Shown here piece by piece: positions 8,744 through 18,433 of a DNA stretch of 32,000 bases. Each line of letters begins with the position of its first letter. The stretch's first letter is position 1. Made by a program: the position numbers and the translations under genes. The DNA is from Candidatus Syntropharchaeum caldarium (GTDB lineage: Archaea; Halobacteriota; Syntropharchaeia; Syntropharchaeales; Syntropharchaeaceae), in NCBI GenBank assembly GCA_001766815.1, contig LYOS01000004.1, positions 1 to 32,000 of the forward strand. Direction: 5' to 3'. The notes below the pieces were generated by a model. It saw nothing but the letters and a program-made list of their open reading frames with translations, searched no databases and had not been told where the DNA came from.

Positions 8744-10642
8744 TCACTTCTCCTCGAATTCAGCATCAACAACATCATCCTCTTCAGATCCACCACCTGT
8801 TGCACCAGCTTCTTCTCCAGCTTCTGCCTGCTGAGCCGCCTGCTGCTGGTATGCCCTCTCTGAGATCGCGTATGCCGCCTGCTGGAGATCGTTCATGAGC
8901 GTCCTGATCTGTTCGATATCTGCCTCCTCTTTGATTGCTTTTCGTATATCCTCTATAAGCTGCTCTGCACGTGCCTTCTCATGGACCGGGATGTTCTCAC
9001 CAAGCTCTTTGATCTGGCGTTCAACCTGATAGGCGAGGCTGTCTGCCTGATTTCGCGTCTCAATCTCTTCTCGCCTCTTTTTATCCTCTGCTGCGTGCTG
9101 TTCAGCATCACGAATCATCCGGTCTATCTCTTCCTTTGACATCGTCGTTGAGCCTGTGATCGTTATTGCCTGTTCCTTTCCTGTCGCCATATCCTTTGCA
9201 CTGACGTTCACAATTCCGTTGGCATCGATATCAAATGTCACCTCGATCTGGGGCACTCCACGGGGTGCAGGTGGAATCCCTTCGAGCCTGAACCTTCCGA
9301 GCGATCGGTTATCCTTTGCAAGTTCTCGCTCACCCTGGAGGACGTTTATATCAACTGCAGTCTGGTTATCCTCGGCAGTCGAGAAGATCTGGCTCTTACG
9401 CGTTGGTATCGTTGTATTTCGCTCGATGAGCTTTGTTGTAACACCACCAAGTGTCTCAATACCAAGTGAGAGCGGAGTAACATCGAGAAGAACAACGTCT
9501 TTAACCTCTCCAGCAAGGACTCCGGCCTGGATCGCAGCGCCGAGTGCCACAACCTCGTCAGGGTTAACGCTCTGATTCGGTTCTTTTCCGCCTAATAGCC
9601 GCTTTACAAGGTTTTGCACCGCAGGAATTCTTGTAGAACCACCAACAAGAATAATCTCATCGATCTCTCTCTCTGTCAGGTTTGCATCAGATAACGCCTG
9701 CTTCACAGGACCCACGCAACGCTCAACAAGGTCTGCGGTTAAATCTTCAAACTTCGCCCGTGTGAGCTTCATCTCAAGATGCTTCGGACCTGTTGCATCT
9801 GCTGTCACGAATGGCAGGCTTATCGTTGTCTCAACTGTGGATGATAACTCGATCTTTGCCTTCTCTGCAGCCTCGGTCAATCGCTGGAGAGATTGCAGGT
9901 CATCTCTTAAGTCAATCCCATTCTCACGTTTGAACTCATCCGCAAGCCAGTTCACGATCCGCTTGTCGAAATCATCGCCACCAAGATGCGTATCACCGCT
10001 GGTTGACTTGACCTCAAAAACACCCTCTCCAACTTCAAGGATCGAGACATCGAACGTCCCACCACCGAGATCGAATACAAGTATCGTCTCACTCTCTTTC
10101 TTATCAAGCCCATAGGCAAGTGATGCTGCGGTCGGCTCATTGATAATTCTTAATACGTTCAACCCAGCGATCTTGCCTGCATCCTTTGTCGCCTGACGCT
10201 GGGCATCATTGAAATACGCGGGTACAGTGATAACCGCATCTGTGACCTTCTCGCCGAGATACTTCGATGCATCATCGACCATCTTTCGAAGTACCATAGC
10301 AGAGATCTCTTCTGGAGCATATAGCTTATCCTCCACCTTTATTCTGACGTTGTCATCCGGTCCTGCCACAACCTCATAAGGAACAAGCTTCTTCTCCTCT
10401 ACAACCTCACTGTACTTTCTTCCAATAAATCGTTTGATTGAGTAGATCGTATTCTTTGAATTGAGTATCGCCTGTCGCTTTGCAAGCTGCCCAACAAGTC
10501 GCTCACCCGTCTTTGTGAATGCCACAACAGATGGTGTTGTTCTCCCCCCTTCTGCATTAACGATCACAGTTGGGTTTCCACCCTCCATGATTGCCATACA
10601 GGAGTTTGTAGTACCTAAATCAATTCCAACAGTCTTTCCCAT
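8744..10642 (-). CDS. dnaK: Hsp70 chaperone DnaK
   Basis: 632 aa. Hsp70 signatures: [19 protein letters not shown] and [13 protein letters not shown]. The C-terminal tail is acidic. A GGAGGT motif lies 7 nt upstream of the ATG. Confidence 0.98.
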   Translation of the reverse strand: MGKTVGIDLGTTNSCMAIMEGGNPTVIVNAEGGRTTPSVVAFTKTGERLVGQLAKRQAILNSKNTIYSIKRFIGRKYSEVVEEKKLVPYEVVAGPDDNVRIKVEDKLYAPEEISAMVLRKMVDDASKYLGEKVTDAVITVPAYFNDAQRQATKDAGKIAGLNVLRIINEPTAASLAYGLDKKESETILVFDLGGGTFDVSILEVGEGVFEVKSTSGDTHLGGDDFDKRIVNWLADEFKRENGIDLRDDLQSLQRLTEAAEKAKIELSSTVETTISLPFVTADATGPKHLEMKLTRAKFEDLTADLVERCVGPVKQALSDANLTEREIDEIILVGGSTRIPAVQNLVKRLLGGKEPNQSVNPDEVVALGAAIQAGVLAGEVKDVVLLDVTPLSLGIETLGGVTTKLIERNTTIPTRKSQIFSTAEDNQTAVDINVLQGERELAKDNRSLGRFRLEGIPPAPRGVPQIEVTFDIDANGIVNVSAKDMATGKEQAITITGSTTMSKEEIDRMIRDAEQHAAEDKKRREEIETRNQADSLAYQVERQIKELGENIPVHEKARAEQLIEDIRKAIKEEADIEQIRTLMNDLQQAAYAISERAYQQQAAQQAEAGEEAGATGGGSEEDDVVDAEFEEK

Positions 10643-10677
10643 AATTTATACCTCCACTTCTTTAATGATATACAACT

Positions 10678-10713
10678 TTATCTAATTATTGCTTATTGGT
10701 TATCTGATTATTG
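10678..10713. promoter_or_regulatory. Pair of 14-bp direct repeats in the dnaK upstream region (candidate operator)
   Basis: TTATCTAATTATTG (10678-10691) and TTATCTGATTATTG (10700-10713) match at 13 of 14 positions, with a 22-bp centre-to-centre spacing. They lie 36-71 nt upstream of the dnaK ATG, next to an A/T run (10716-10732) that could be the TATA/BRE. Confidence 0.3.
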
Positions 10714-10744
10714 TTAAATTTTTAAAAAAGAAAGAGACGGAAGG

Positions 10745-11212
10745 TTACTTAACCTCGATCTTTTTGACTTCTTCCGCTGCGACCTTTGGCATTGTGACCT
10801 CAAGTACACCATTCTCGAACTTCGCTGTTATTGCATCCTTATCAACCGATGCTGGAAGCGGCACAGCCCGGTAATACTTTGCATAGTGTCGCTCTCGCCT
10901 GATATAACCCTCCTCTTTTACTTCCTCTTCCCCTTTTCGCTCTGCACTGATCTCGATCATATCATCCTTCATATTGACCGAGATATCGCTCTTATCAACG
11001 CCAGGCACGTCTGCCCTGAGCACAAGCGTATCTCCCTTATCGATCAGGTCGATTGATGGTACCCTTGAAATGGGAGCAACCTCCTTGCCTGTGCTCTCAG
11101 GTAACAGTAACCCCCCTGCAGTTTGCATCTCGCCCATAAGATCATTCATCCATTCTTCCATCCGCTTTAATTCATAGAATGGATCAAATATGTGTCGTCT
11201 TCGCCACATCAT
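10745..11212 (-). CDS. hsp20: Small heat-shock protein, Hsp20/alpha-crystallin family
   Basis: 155 aa. The alpha-crystallin domain runs DLIDKGDTLVLRADVPGVDKSDISVNMKDDMIEISAERK...AKFENGVLEVTMPK. A GAGGTGAT Shine-Dalgarno motif lies directly upstream. Confidence 0.92.
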   Translation of the reverse strand: MMWRRRHIFDPFYELKRMEEWMNDLMGEMQTAGGLLLPESTGKEVAPISRVPSIDLIDKGDTLVLRADVPGVDKSDISVNMKDDMIEISAERKGEEEVKEEGYIRRERHYAKYYRAVPLPASVDKDAITAKFENGVLEVTMPKVAAEEVKKIEVK

Positions 11213-11301
11213 CCATCACCTCACTTTTTATACCTGCAACAAAATAGGGGTATATACTACTATATAAAGTTTTCGTAGGAAGAGTCCTTCCGAATTACAT
11301 T

Positions 11302-13179
11302 TCATAGACTCCCCACAAACCTCGGACGCCTCGATAAAAGCACAGGAAGCGATAATGGCTTATACGGCATCTCACCCTGTTCAACCTCAAGCATCTTCTT
11401 AAGCTCATCCACCGTCATCTTTACCCGCTTTGGCTTCTTCAAGCTCGATTCTTTCCTCACCGTTACCGTTAGAACACCTTCCTCGCACTCACGTTCTCCG
11501 ATAACCACAACATAAGGCACCCACTCACGCCCTGCAGATCTAACCTTCTTTCCAACGGTCTCATCACGATCATCGATATCAACCCTGAAAGGAAGACTGG
11601 ATGCGACTTCAACCGCGTGATCAAGCTGTTGATCTGATACGGGTATGATCCTCACCTGTGTCGGCGAGAGCCAGAATGGAAGCATCGGGAGCTTGACACC
11701 ACTTTCTGTATCCATACTCGCTCTCTCAAGCAGCGCATAGATGCACCGTTCAATCGCACCAGATGGCGAGCAGTGAAGGATTGTTGGTTCAACCTTTGCA
11801 TTCTCAGAATCGATGTAGGTTATACCATATCGACCGGCATTCTCAACGTCAATCTGGACGGTGGAGAGTGCGCTTGCTTTACCCAGGCAATCGATGAAGT
11901 TAAACTCAAACTTCAGTACAAAGTAGAAGAACCTTTCATCCCAGATCTCGACAAGCACAGGTTTATCGAGCACAGCTGCAAGTCCATTTATGAAATCCCT
12001 GTTCTCATCATAGAAGCCCTGTGTGAATCTTATCCCAACCTCATAGTCCGATGATTCAAGCCCGATCTCAGCTAAAACGTCTATGCACATCCTGTACTGA
12101 TCCTCGAACTCACGGATAGCCTCATCCATATCCTTACAGAGCGTGTGCATATCCGGCATCGTGAAGCTCCTGAGCCTTCTCAGTCCCACAAGTTCACCAC
12201 GCTGTTCCCTTCTGAAGCTGTATCGTGTAAGCTCGATCATCTTCAGTGGAAGATTCCTGTAAGAAATGCTCATATCGTGGTTCATCAAAAACTGCCCAAA
12301 ACATGCTGCAAAGCGTAAAAATAGCTCTTTATCTTTTTTATCCCCTATAACTCTATACTGTCGTGCTGGAAATCGCTCAAGATACTTTTTAAGGGTTGGA
12401 TGATTCGAATCATACATGATAGGTGTCTCAACCTCCATCGCACCACTCTTAACCGATCTGGAGAGTACAAGTTCCTCAAGAAGCCCTTTTATGAGTCGTC
12501 CGTTTGGGTAGTATCTCAGATTACCTGGATCAGACCCTTCCTCATAGTCTGCAAGCTCAAGTCGCCTCATAAGCTCAACATGCGGTGGAGGTATATCGAC
12601 AACTCTGTTTTTTGAGATCTCATAGTCAAAAAAGGCTTTTAAGCCATCATAACCACTGAAATCAAATTTTTCTGGCTCAAAGATATCACCATCTGGGGTT
12701 AATACCATGATCCTCGATACAGCTTTCTCTTCTGCTTCAAGTGCACCTGTAAGCTTCTCCACAGGTCTTATCGTCCTTGATAGCTCTGAGAGCGGGTGTC
12801 CCTTGCATCTGATCGAGAATGCCTTGTACCATCCAAAAGGAGCTCGCATAAGATCGAAATCATCTTTAAGTATCTCTTCCATCCTTTTAAGAGCATAAAC
12901 AGCGGCATCAGGGCTTGAAAGGCTGGAACTTAGATGTGCATACGGATAAAGAACGATTCTATCTGTATTGACCTTCTCTGAAACTTCTTTGATCTCAGAA
13001 ACCGCATCATCAACAACAGCATCGATATCTCCTTCATCTTCATTCTCGACCGCGATAAAGACCGCAAGCACATCATCCATCCTGCCAGACTTTTGTGCAT
13101 CTTCGATCTCTTCTGCAACTTTTGTCTGTCGCTTAACCTCATACTCAAGATAATCCGAGTGTACAAACATTAACTGCAT
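11302..13179 (-). CDS. thrS: Threonine--tRNA ligase, archaeal type with N-terminal DTD-like editing domain
   Basis: The protein begins [15 protein letters not shown], a typical archaeal ThrRS start, followed by a class-II catalytic core and a C-terminal anticodon-binding domain. I chose the ATG at 13179, which sits behind GGAGGT. The TTG-initiated extension to 13242 would lie inside the RFC gene. Confidence 0.94.
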   Translation of the reverse strand: MQLMFVHSDYLEYEVKRQTKVAEEIEDAQKSGRMDDVLAVFIAVENEDEGDIDAVVDDAVSEIKEVSEKVNTDRIVLYPYAHLSSSLSSPDAAVYALKRMEEILKDDFDLMRAPFGWYKAFSIRCKGHPLSELSRTIRPVEKLTGALEAEEKAVSRIMVLTPDGDIFEPEKFDFSGYDGLKAFFDYEISKNRVVDIPPPHVELMRRLELADYEEGSDPGNLRYYPNGRLIKGLLEELVLSRSVKSGAMEVETPIMYDSNHPTLKKYLERFPARQYRVIGDKKDKELFLRFAACFGQFLMNHDMSISYRNLPLKMIELTRYSFRREQRGELVGLRRLRSFTMPDMHTLCKDMDEAIREFEDQYRMCIDVLAEIGLESSDYEVGIRFTQGFYDENRDFINGLAAVLDKPVLVEIWDERFFYFVLKFEFNFIDCLGKASALSTVQIDVENAGRYGITYIDSENAKVEPTILHCSPSGAIERCIYALLERASMDTESGVKLPMLPFWLSPTQVRIIPVSDQQLDHAVEVASSLPFRVDIDDRDETVGKKVRSAGREWVPYVVVIGERECEEGVLTVTVRKESSLKKPKRVKMTVDELKKMLEVEQGEMPYKPLSLPVLLSRRPRFVGSL

Positions 13180-13180
13180 C

Positions 13181-14191
13181 TTAAACCTCCGAGATCTTTG
13201 ATAGGAGTGCCTCAAGCTGTATCCGCTCATTCGCACCCTCAATGATTCTCATATCAAAATCAGCCATGATCAGGATAACCTCCTCAAGTTGTTTACTGAG
13301 GGGACGGTCACCTGATGTGATTCTGTCATGTATCATATCAATCACCTCGTATCCTGTAAATCCACTATCTGCGGTCAGCGCCTCGATCATCTTTGCAACC
13401 TCTACAAAATCACCACTGAGACTGAGTGATAGCAGCTCATCGATTTTATCATCCCTGATCTCTGGAAGCTTACCTGCGAGTGAATAATATTGTAGCGCAT
13501 AGATCGCTTGCCCCAGGCTCCCTGATGCACGGGATATAATCGTCTGAAGTGTCTTTTCATCAAAGGTCAACCCCTCTTTTTCCATAATCTTTTTCAGGTG
13601 CTCCTCGATAAGCTCGTCCTCGATTTTGCCAAGATACAGATTCAGCGCTCGTGATCTCAATGGTGGAATAATCTTTGAAGGTCTTTTGGTTGTGAATATA
13701 AACCTGCATGTGCGATTGTATCGCTCTATCATTCTTCTTAACGCCTGCTGTGCATCGAGGGTGAGTGCATCGGCATTTCTGAAAAATATAATCTTGAAAT
13801 CGGCATCAATTGGCATCAGCGAGGCATACTCGTTTATCACCTCCTTGAATGTCTCAATAACCGGTTTATTCTTCTCATAGAAGTGCTCAAATCTCGGATC
13901 AGCCTCGAGGTATGCTTTTCCTCGATTGAAAAAGTCAGATGCATCTATCTCGGTCAGGTTATCCTCAAACCCACCTCCATAGATACCTTTTGCAATCAGA
14001 TACACGAGCGTGCTCTTTCCCACACCCTCTCGTCCATGAAATAGCAGGTTCGGGATAGTTCCTGCCTCAACATACGACCTGATCCTGTTCACAACCGCCG
14101 ATTGCCCCAGAACCTCATCGAAGGATTTGGGTCTGTATTTATCAATCCAGACCTCACTCAAACTGAATCCCCTCCAGATCCCGCACACCAT
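13181..14191 (-). CDS. Replication factor C small-subunit paralog (divergent; Walker B degenerate)
   Basis: Motifs: RFC box [19 protein letters not shown]; P-loop GREGVGKS; [11 protein letters not shown]; SRA in place of SRC. The position of the canonical DEAD box reads FRNAD. An alternative start is the TTG at 14161, 9 nt after GGAGG, which would shorten the overlap with radB. Confidence 0.85.
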   Translation of the reverse strand: MVCGIWRGFSLSEVWIDKYRPKSFDEVLGQSAVVNRIRSYVEAGTIPNLLFHGREGVGKSTLVYLIAKGIYGGGFEDNLTEIDASDFFNRGKAYLEADPRFEHFYEKNKPVIETFKEVINEYASLMPIDADFKIIFFRNADALTLDAQQALRRMIERYNRTCRFIFTTKRPSKIIPPLRSRALNLYLGKIEDELIEEHLKKIMEKEGLTFDEKTLQTIISRASGSLGQAIYALQYYSLAGKLPEIRDDKIDELLSLSLSGDFVEVAKMIEALTADSGFTGYEVIDMIHDRITSGDRPLSKQLEEVILIMADFDMRIIEGANERIQLEALLSKISEV

Positions 14192-14879
14192 CTGCTTTCA
14201 GCATAAACTCACACGACTCTCCCTCAGGAAGTGATCTGTGCTTTCTTATTATCGCTCTTCGCTTTCCCCCACCGATCTTTTCAAGCTCCAGAACTGTTTT
14301 TGATGCGTATTCAAATATCAAACCACCGATGGGACACAGTCTATCGTTATCGATATCTGTATAGACCTGATTTGTTACAACAACCGCAAGATCATCCTTT
14401 CTTGCAAGCTCGAGGAGTGAGATCATCTGTGATCCAAGCTGACGCCTCAGCATCTGTCCTCGCTCGTCATCAAGCTCAAGGCGGTAGAACATCGTTGCAG
14501 AATCGAGCACCACGAGACCGATATTTCCTCCAAGTTTCTTAAGATCTTCGATCGCGCTCTGCTGTTCGAGGAAATTGACTGGTTCAAAGATCATGACCTC
14601 ACGCGCGATCTTCCTGTAATCCTCTCCTGCAATCTGCTTGAACCGTTCAGGCGATAAACCTTCTGTATCGATGTAAACCGCCTTTCTACCTCCTTTAACG
14701 CACTCGACAACAAGCTGGATACAGATATTTGTCTTACCGGAGCCTGGTTCACCATAGATCTGCGATACCGCTCCTGCCTCAAATCCACCACCGAGAAGAC
14801 GATCCAGGCTCCTGCACCCTGTCTGTAACCGCTCAATCACCGCCTCAAGCTCAGAAGAAGATGATGGCTCCATTTTCAC
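14154..14879 (-). CDS. radB: DNA repair and recombination protein RadB (RadA/Rad51 paralog lacking the N-terminal HhH domain)
   Basis: 241 aa. Walker A is GEPGSGKT and Walker B is LVVLDS. The short length and the absence of an N-terminal domain fit RadB. It shares an ATGA overlap with fni. Confidence 0.88.
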   Translation of the reverse strand: MKMEPSSSSELEAVIERLQTGCRSLDRLLGGGFEAGAVSQIYGEPGSGKTNICIQLVVECVKGGRKAVYIDTEGLSPERFKQIAGEDYRKIAREVMIFEPVNFLEQQSAIEDLKKLGGNIGLVVLDSATMFYRLELDDERGQMLRRQLGSQMISLLELARKDDLAVVVTNQVYTDIDNDRLCPIGGLIFEYASKTVLELEKIGGGKRRAIIRKHRSLPEGESCEFMLKADGVRDLEGIQFE

Positions 14880-15958
14880 CTTATAAACTTTGTATCAAAC
14901 CCTCGCTCGCTCAGGATCTCGCGAGTAAGACCCTTCAGAACAACATCTGCAAACCCAAGATCTGAAACCGTCTTTGAGCCTGTGAGAAACATCGCGACCC
15001 TGAGCTCCTCGAGCACCTTGCTTATATGATCCACAACCGCATCCATACCTCGAAGTGCTGGTTCAATCAGGGGCAAACCCATTCCACAGACCGTTGCACC
15101 GAGTGCGATCGACTTTGCTATATCAATCCCGCTTCGTATACCTCCTGTTGCAACCACAGGAATGCCAAAGTCCCTGCACTCAACGATCGAGACGGTTGTC
15201 GGTATTCCCCAATCCCAAAAAGCCTCTCCAAGCCGCTCTTTTATCCTGTTATCCTCTGCTCTCGCGCGATAAACCTCGATACCTGCCCAGCTTGTTCCCC
15301 CAACGCCTCCAACATCGATCGCAGCCACACCTGCCTGATAGAGCATATATCCAACTTTATGCGAGATACCAGCACCTGTCTCCTTGACGATCACAGGTAT
15401 ATCAAGTTTCGTGCATATCCTGTTGATCGCTGTGATGCACCCAACTGCATTGACATCCCCTTCTGGCTGTATCGCCTCCTGCAAGAAGTTCAGGTGTATC
15501 GCTACCGCATCGGCATCGATCATATCCACAACCCGTTTCACACCATCGATACCGTACTTTGCAAGCTGAGGAGCTCCGATATTTGCATATACAAACGCAT
15601 TCGGGGCATAATCCCTCACAACCCTGAACGAAGCCTCCTGAGCTGGATCTTCGAGTGCTGCACGCTGGCTTCCAACGCCGATGCCGATGCCGAGCTTTTC
15701 TGCTGCCATTGATAGGTTGCGATTGACCTCCATTGTATCAGGATGACCACCTGTCATCGACGTGATCAGAAGCGGGCATCGGAGTTCTCTTCCAAGAAAT
15801 CTCGTTGTAAGGTCGATCTCGGCCATATCGATCTCAGGAAGAGCGTTGTGTATCAGAAGAACATCCTCGAAAGAGTGTGTGCGGTGTTCTACATCCTCCT
15901 CTGCACATAACCTCAGATGATCGAGCTTTCGCTTTGATGTTTCATTCAATCTTAGCAC
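14876..15958 (-). CDS. fni: Isopentenyl-diphosphate delta-isomerase, type 2 (FMN-dependent)
   Basis: 360 aa TIM-barrel protein. KRKLDHLRLC...FEDVLLIHNALPE...PLLITSMTGG...ETGAGIS...GGVGGTSWA is typical of IDI-2. Confidence 0.93.
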   Translation of the reverse strand: MLRLNETSKRKLDHLRLCAEEDVEHRTHSFEDVLLIHNALPEIDMAEIDLTTRFLGRELRCPLLITSMTGGHPDTMEVNRNLSMAAEKLGIGIGVGSQRAALEDPAQEASFRVVRDYAPNAFVYANIGAPQLAKYGIDGVKRVVDMIDADAVAIHLNFLQEAIQPEGDVNAVGCITAINRICTKLDIPVIVKETGAGISHKVGYMLYQAGVAAIDVGGVGGTSWAGIEVYRARAEDNRIKERLGEAFWDWGIPTTVSIVECRDFGIPVVATGGIRSGIDIAKSIALGATVCGMGLPLIEPALRGMDAVVDHISKVLEELRVAMFLTGSKTVSDLGFADVVLKGLTREILSERGFDTKFIR

Positions 15959-16009
15959 CCTTTTTTGTCTTTAGATGAAATTAACAGGATAGGTTAAAGT
16001 CTTTATGCA

Positions 16010-18433
16010 TTATCTCAAGAGAAAACCTCCGAGATCTCGCTCGCTCCTGATATCATAGAGGTAGTGAACCGTCCCTTTTATGATCCTCAATGCTGCATAA
16101 AGAATTAAAAAGGCGTAAGCGTTGGATATGATGAGGAAAAGCATGAATAGATATAACCACTCTCTTTCAAGATCGTTTCTTTCTTTATCTGTGTCTTCAA
16201 GCAGCAACATCTCTCCTGCAATCCTGTATCGTTTTGAGGCATCTTCGAGGTGCGAGATGGCGGTACTGTACTTTTCATGGGCGGTGTCATAGTTGTAGGG
16301 ATTCAAAAGGATGCGCCTGTTCCCGATTGCTGTAAAATCTTCCTCTTTTGCATCCTCGACCAGCCTCTCCGCGGTAAAACGTAAGTTCCCTGCATCACTC
16401 ACAAGATCATCGTGGAGTGAAACCATCAGTTCGTAGTTACGCCTCGCATCCCTTCGATCGGCTTCATTTCCAAGGAGTGTGTAGATCAGTTCTGCGTTAC
16501 GATAAGCTCTTGCAGCGTGGTTCGCATCTTCACCCTCCTCCAGATGCGTTATATCACCCGATTCTGCCGCTTCTCTAATAGATGCACTCATATCATCGGC
16601 GGTAGATGTGATAACGCCCACCTCGTAGTGGAGAACTTCATCGAGAAGATCTGTGGCAGCATCCCGGATATTCAGGGCATAGGAGCGGATCTCTTCATCC
16701 CAGATCTCTGAATGTGAGACGATCGTATCACTCGTGACCCATGCACCAACAGATTCTCTGACCGCCTCATCAAAGAAGCCACCCTCAAGTGATCCAAGTG
16801 CCTTATCGAGCGTCGTGATCAGGGTGCCTGTACTTCGTATCAGAACGATCAGCTTTTTCCAGTCATCAGAACTGGGACCTGGATCTTCTTTCTCAACCCG
16901 ATTAAGGATGTAAATAGCGTTCTGGAGTGCAGTATCTGCCTGCGAAAATTTAGCGACAAGCTCACTACCCCTCAGATCCTCGAACTCGCTTTTTGTCATT
17001 GAGATATTTATCGGTATGATTTTTGCTGCGATTTTAAGCGGTTTTTCACCTGCATTAAGAGATGTAATCTTCCCATCCCATGTATAGGGTCCTGGAACAG
17101 CCTCCAGCCCGGGCTGAATGGTTATCGTAATATTTCTCGACTCACCAGGAGGTATATCCTCAAAACCATCCTCTTTGAGTGCAGTAAGCCAGTCAGCATG
17201 CGCACCGCTCTTTGAAAATGCGATACGTCTTACAGATTTATAGTTATAGATCTCAGTCAGGCTGATCATATATGATCGATTCTCGTACACCCCCTCTTTA
17301 AACTCAAGCGAGCCAAAATCGATACTTGAATGAGATAAAACAAATCCAACTGGCCAGCGTATCTCAATGTCAATATCTGTTTCCTTCTTACCCGCACTGC
17401 CGGCATCCACACGTATCACTGCTGTCTGCTCACCCTCAGGTGCGTCATAGAACGCGATAACTCGGATCTTTACCTTCTTCGTGCTCTTTCCAGCAACCGA
17501 ACCTGAAGGATTATCGATCTTGATATTGATCCCTGCAGGAAGCTCGATGACCCTTGCTTCAAAATTCATCGTCTCATCCCCCTCATTTCTGACCATAAGA
17601 TCGATTGTGCGTTCATAGGTTGCAACCGTTCCCCGTTTTTTATCAAAGCTTATCGTCAGTGACTTATCATACAACTCTCCAAGTTTTGGGGGCATCAGAA
17701 TATAGGCATCGATTTTTATGCTTGCAGAGCCTGCTACATCGGTTGAGATCGAGAATGTCCATGAGTAATCGTTGTGATCGGGTGTGCCCGGGCTTAACTC
17801 AAATGTTACATCCCTCGATGAGCCTGCAGGAATCACGAAAGCATCGGGGCTAACCGTGACCCATTCGTTCCCGCCAGTTTGTGAGATCGTTACAGTCACA
17901 TCTTTATAGCCAAGCACCTCGCTTATCGTGACCAGCCTTGATGGATTGTCATACCGATGAACCGTGCCAAAGTCGATCTGAGTATCACTGACTGTAATCT
18001 CTGCAAAATAGATCACATCAATACTGACCGTCAAACTCTCACCACCAACATCGAGTGTGAAAGTCTCCAAACCTTCTGCCGTTTCGGGAGATACCACTGT
18101 GTGGAGTGTTATCGTCGTTGATTCACCGTAAGCAAGGCTGAAAGAAGAGGTATCTGGGGTTATCGTCACAGTGTCTGTGCTCACAGATCCGATACTCCCG
18201 CTCACTGTTACGTTAGGATCTGGATTTATGTTTGTGATCGTGAAAGTTGAGTAATCCTCATAATAAGCGGTACTTTTCGGTTGATTGAATGAGAAGCTCA
18301 AATCGATCGTCGATGGATTCACCGATATATCTGCCGCTTTCGCCCCACTGCATAAAAGCATCGAGAGCATCAGAAGTCCGATAACTGTTATAAAGCATCT
18401 AAGATATGAGTTCTTCACCCAATCTCGTGTCAT
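16010..18433 (-). CDS. Large surface protein: signal peptide, four Ig-like beta-sandwich modules, ~275-aa helical domain, C-terminal TM anchor and short conserved tail
   Basis: 807 aa. The signal peptide is ITVIGLLMLSMLLCSGAKA. The repeated modules carry an IDFG(T/S) motif (QIDFGTVHRY, SIDFGSLEFK). The C-terminal TM is WLYLFMLFLIISNAYAFLILYAALRII, followed by the tail YLYDIRSERDLGG. No catalytic motif was recognised. Confidence 0.7.
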   Translation of the reverse strand: MTRDWVKNSYLRCFITVIGLLMLSMLLCSGAKAADISVNPSTIDLSFSFNQPKSTAYYEDYSTFTITNINPDPNVTVSGSIGSVSTDTVTITPDTSSFSLAYGESTTITLHTVVSPETAEGLETFTLDVGGESLTVSIDVIYFAEITVSDTQIDFGTVHRYDNPSRLVTISEVLGYKDVTVTISQTGGNEWVTVSPDAFVIPAGSSRDVTFELSPGTPDHNDYSWTFSISTDVAGSASIKIDAYILMPPKLGELYDKSLTISFDKKRGTVATYERTIDLMVRNEGDETMNFEARVIELPAGINIKIDNPSGSVAGKSTKKVKIRVIAFYDAPEGEQTAVIRVDAGSAGKKETDIDIEIRWPVGFVLSHSSIDFGSLEFKEGVYENRSYMISLTEIYNYKSVRRIAFSKSGAHADWLTALKEDGFEDIPPGESRNITITIQPGLEAVPGPYTWDGKITSLNAGEKPLKIAAKIIPINISMTKSEFEDLRGSELVAKFSQADTALQNAIYILNRVEKEDPGPSSDDWKKLIVLIRSTGTLITTLDKALGSLEGGFFDEAVRESVGAWVTSDTIVSHSEIWDEEIRSYALNIRDAATDLLDEVLHYEVGVITSTADDMSASIREAAESGDITHLEEGEDANHAARAYRNAELIYTLLGNEADRRDARRNYELMVSLHDDLVSDAGNLRFTAERLVEDAKEEDFTAIGNRRILLNPYNYDTAHEKYSTAISHLEDASKRYRIAGEMLLLEDTDKERNDLEREWLYLFMLFLIISNAYAFLILYAALRIIKGTVHYLYDIRSERDLGGFLLR

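Noticed and set aside
10643-10744. Bacterial heat-shock operators (HAIR, CIRCE) upstream of dnaK, and also upstream of hsp20 at 11213-11301
   Set aside because: Neither consensus was found by eye. Only the direct repeats reported above and a short GGAAG-N4-CTTCC hairpin (11277-11290) are present.
13180-13242. N-terminal extension of thrS ([21 protein letters not shown])
   Set aside because: It starts at a TTG inside the RFC gene. The ATG at 13179 gives the canonical archaeal ThrRS N-terminus and has a GGAGGT motif.
15026-15712. 228-aa and 110-aa plus-strand ORFs opposite fni
   Set aside because: These are shadow ORFs of a well-supported minus-strand gene. They are Cys/His/Arg-rich nonsense with no motifs. 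The same reasoning applies to the antisense ORFs inside clpB, dnaK, dnaJ, thrS, the RFC gene, xpd and the other genes.
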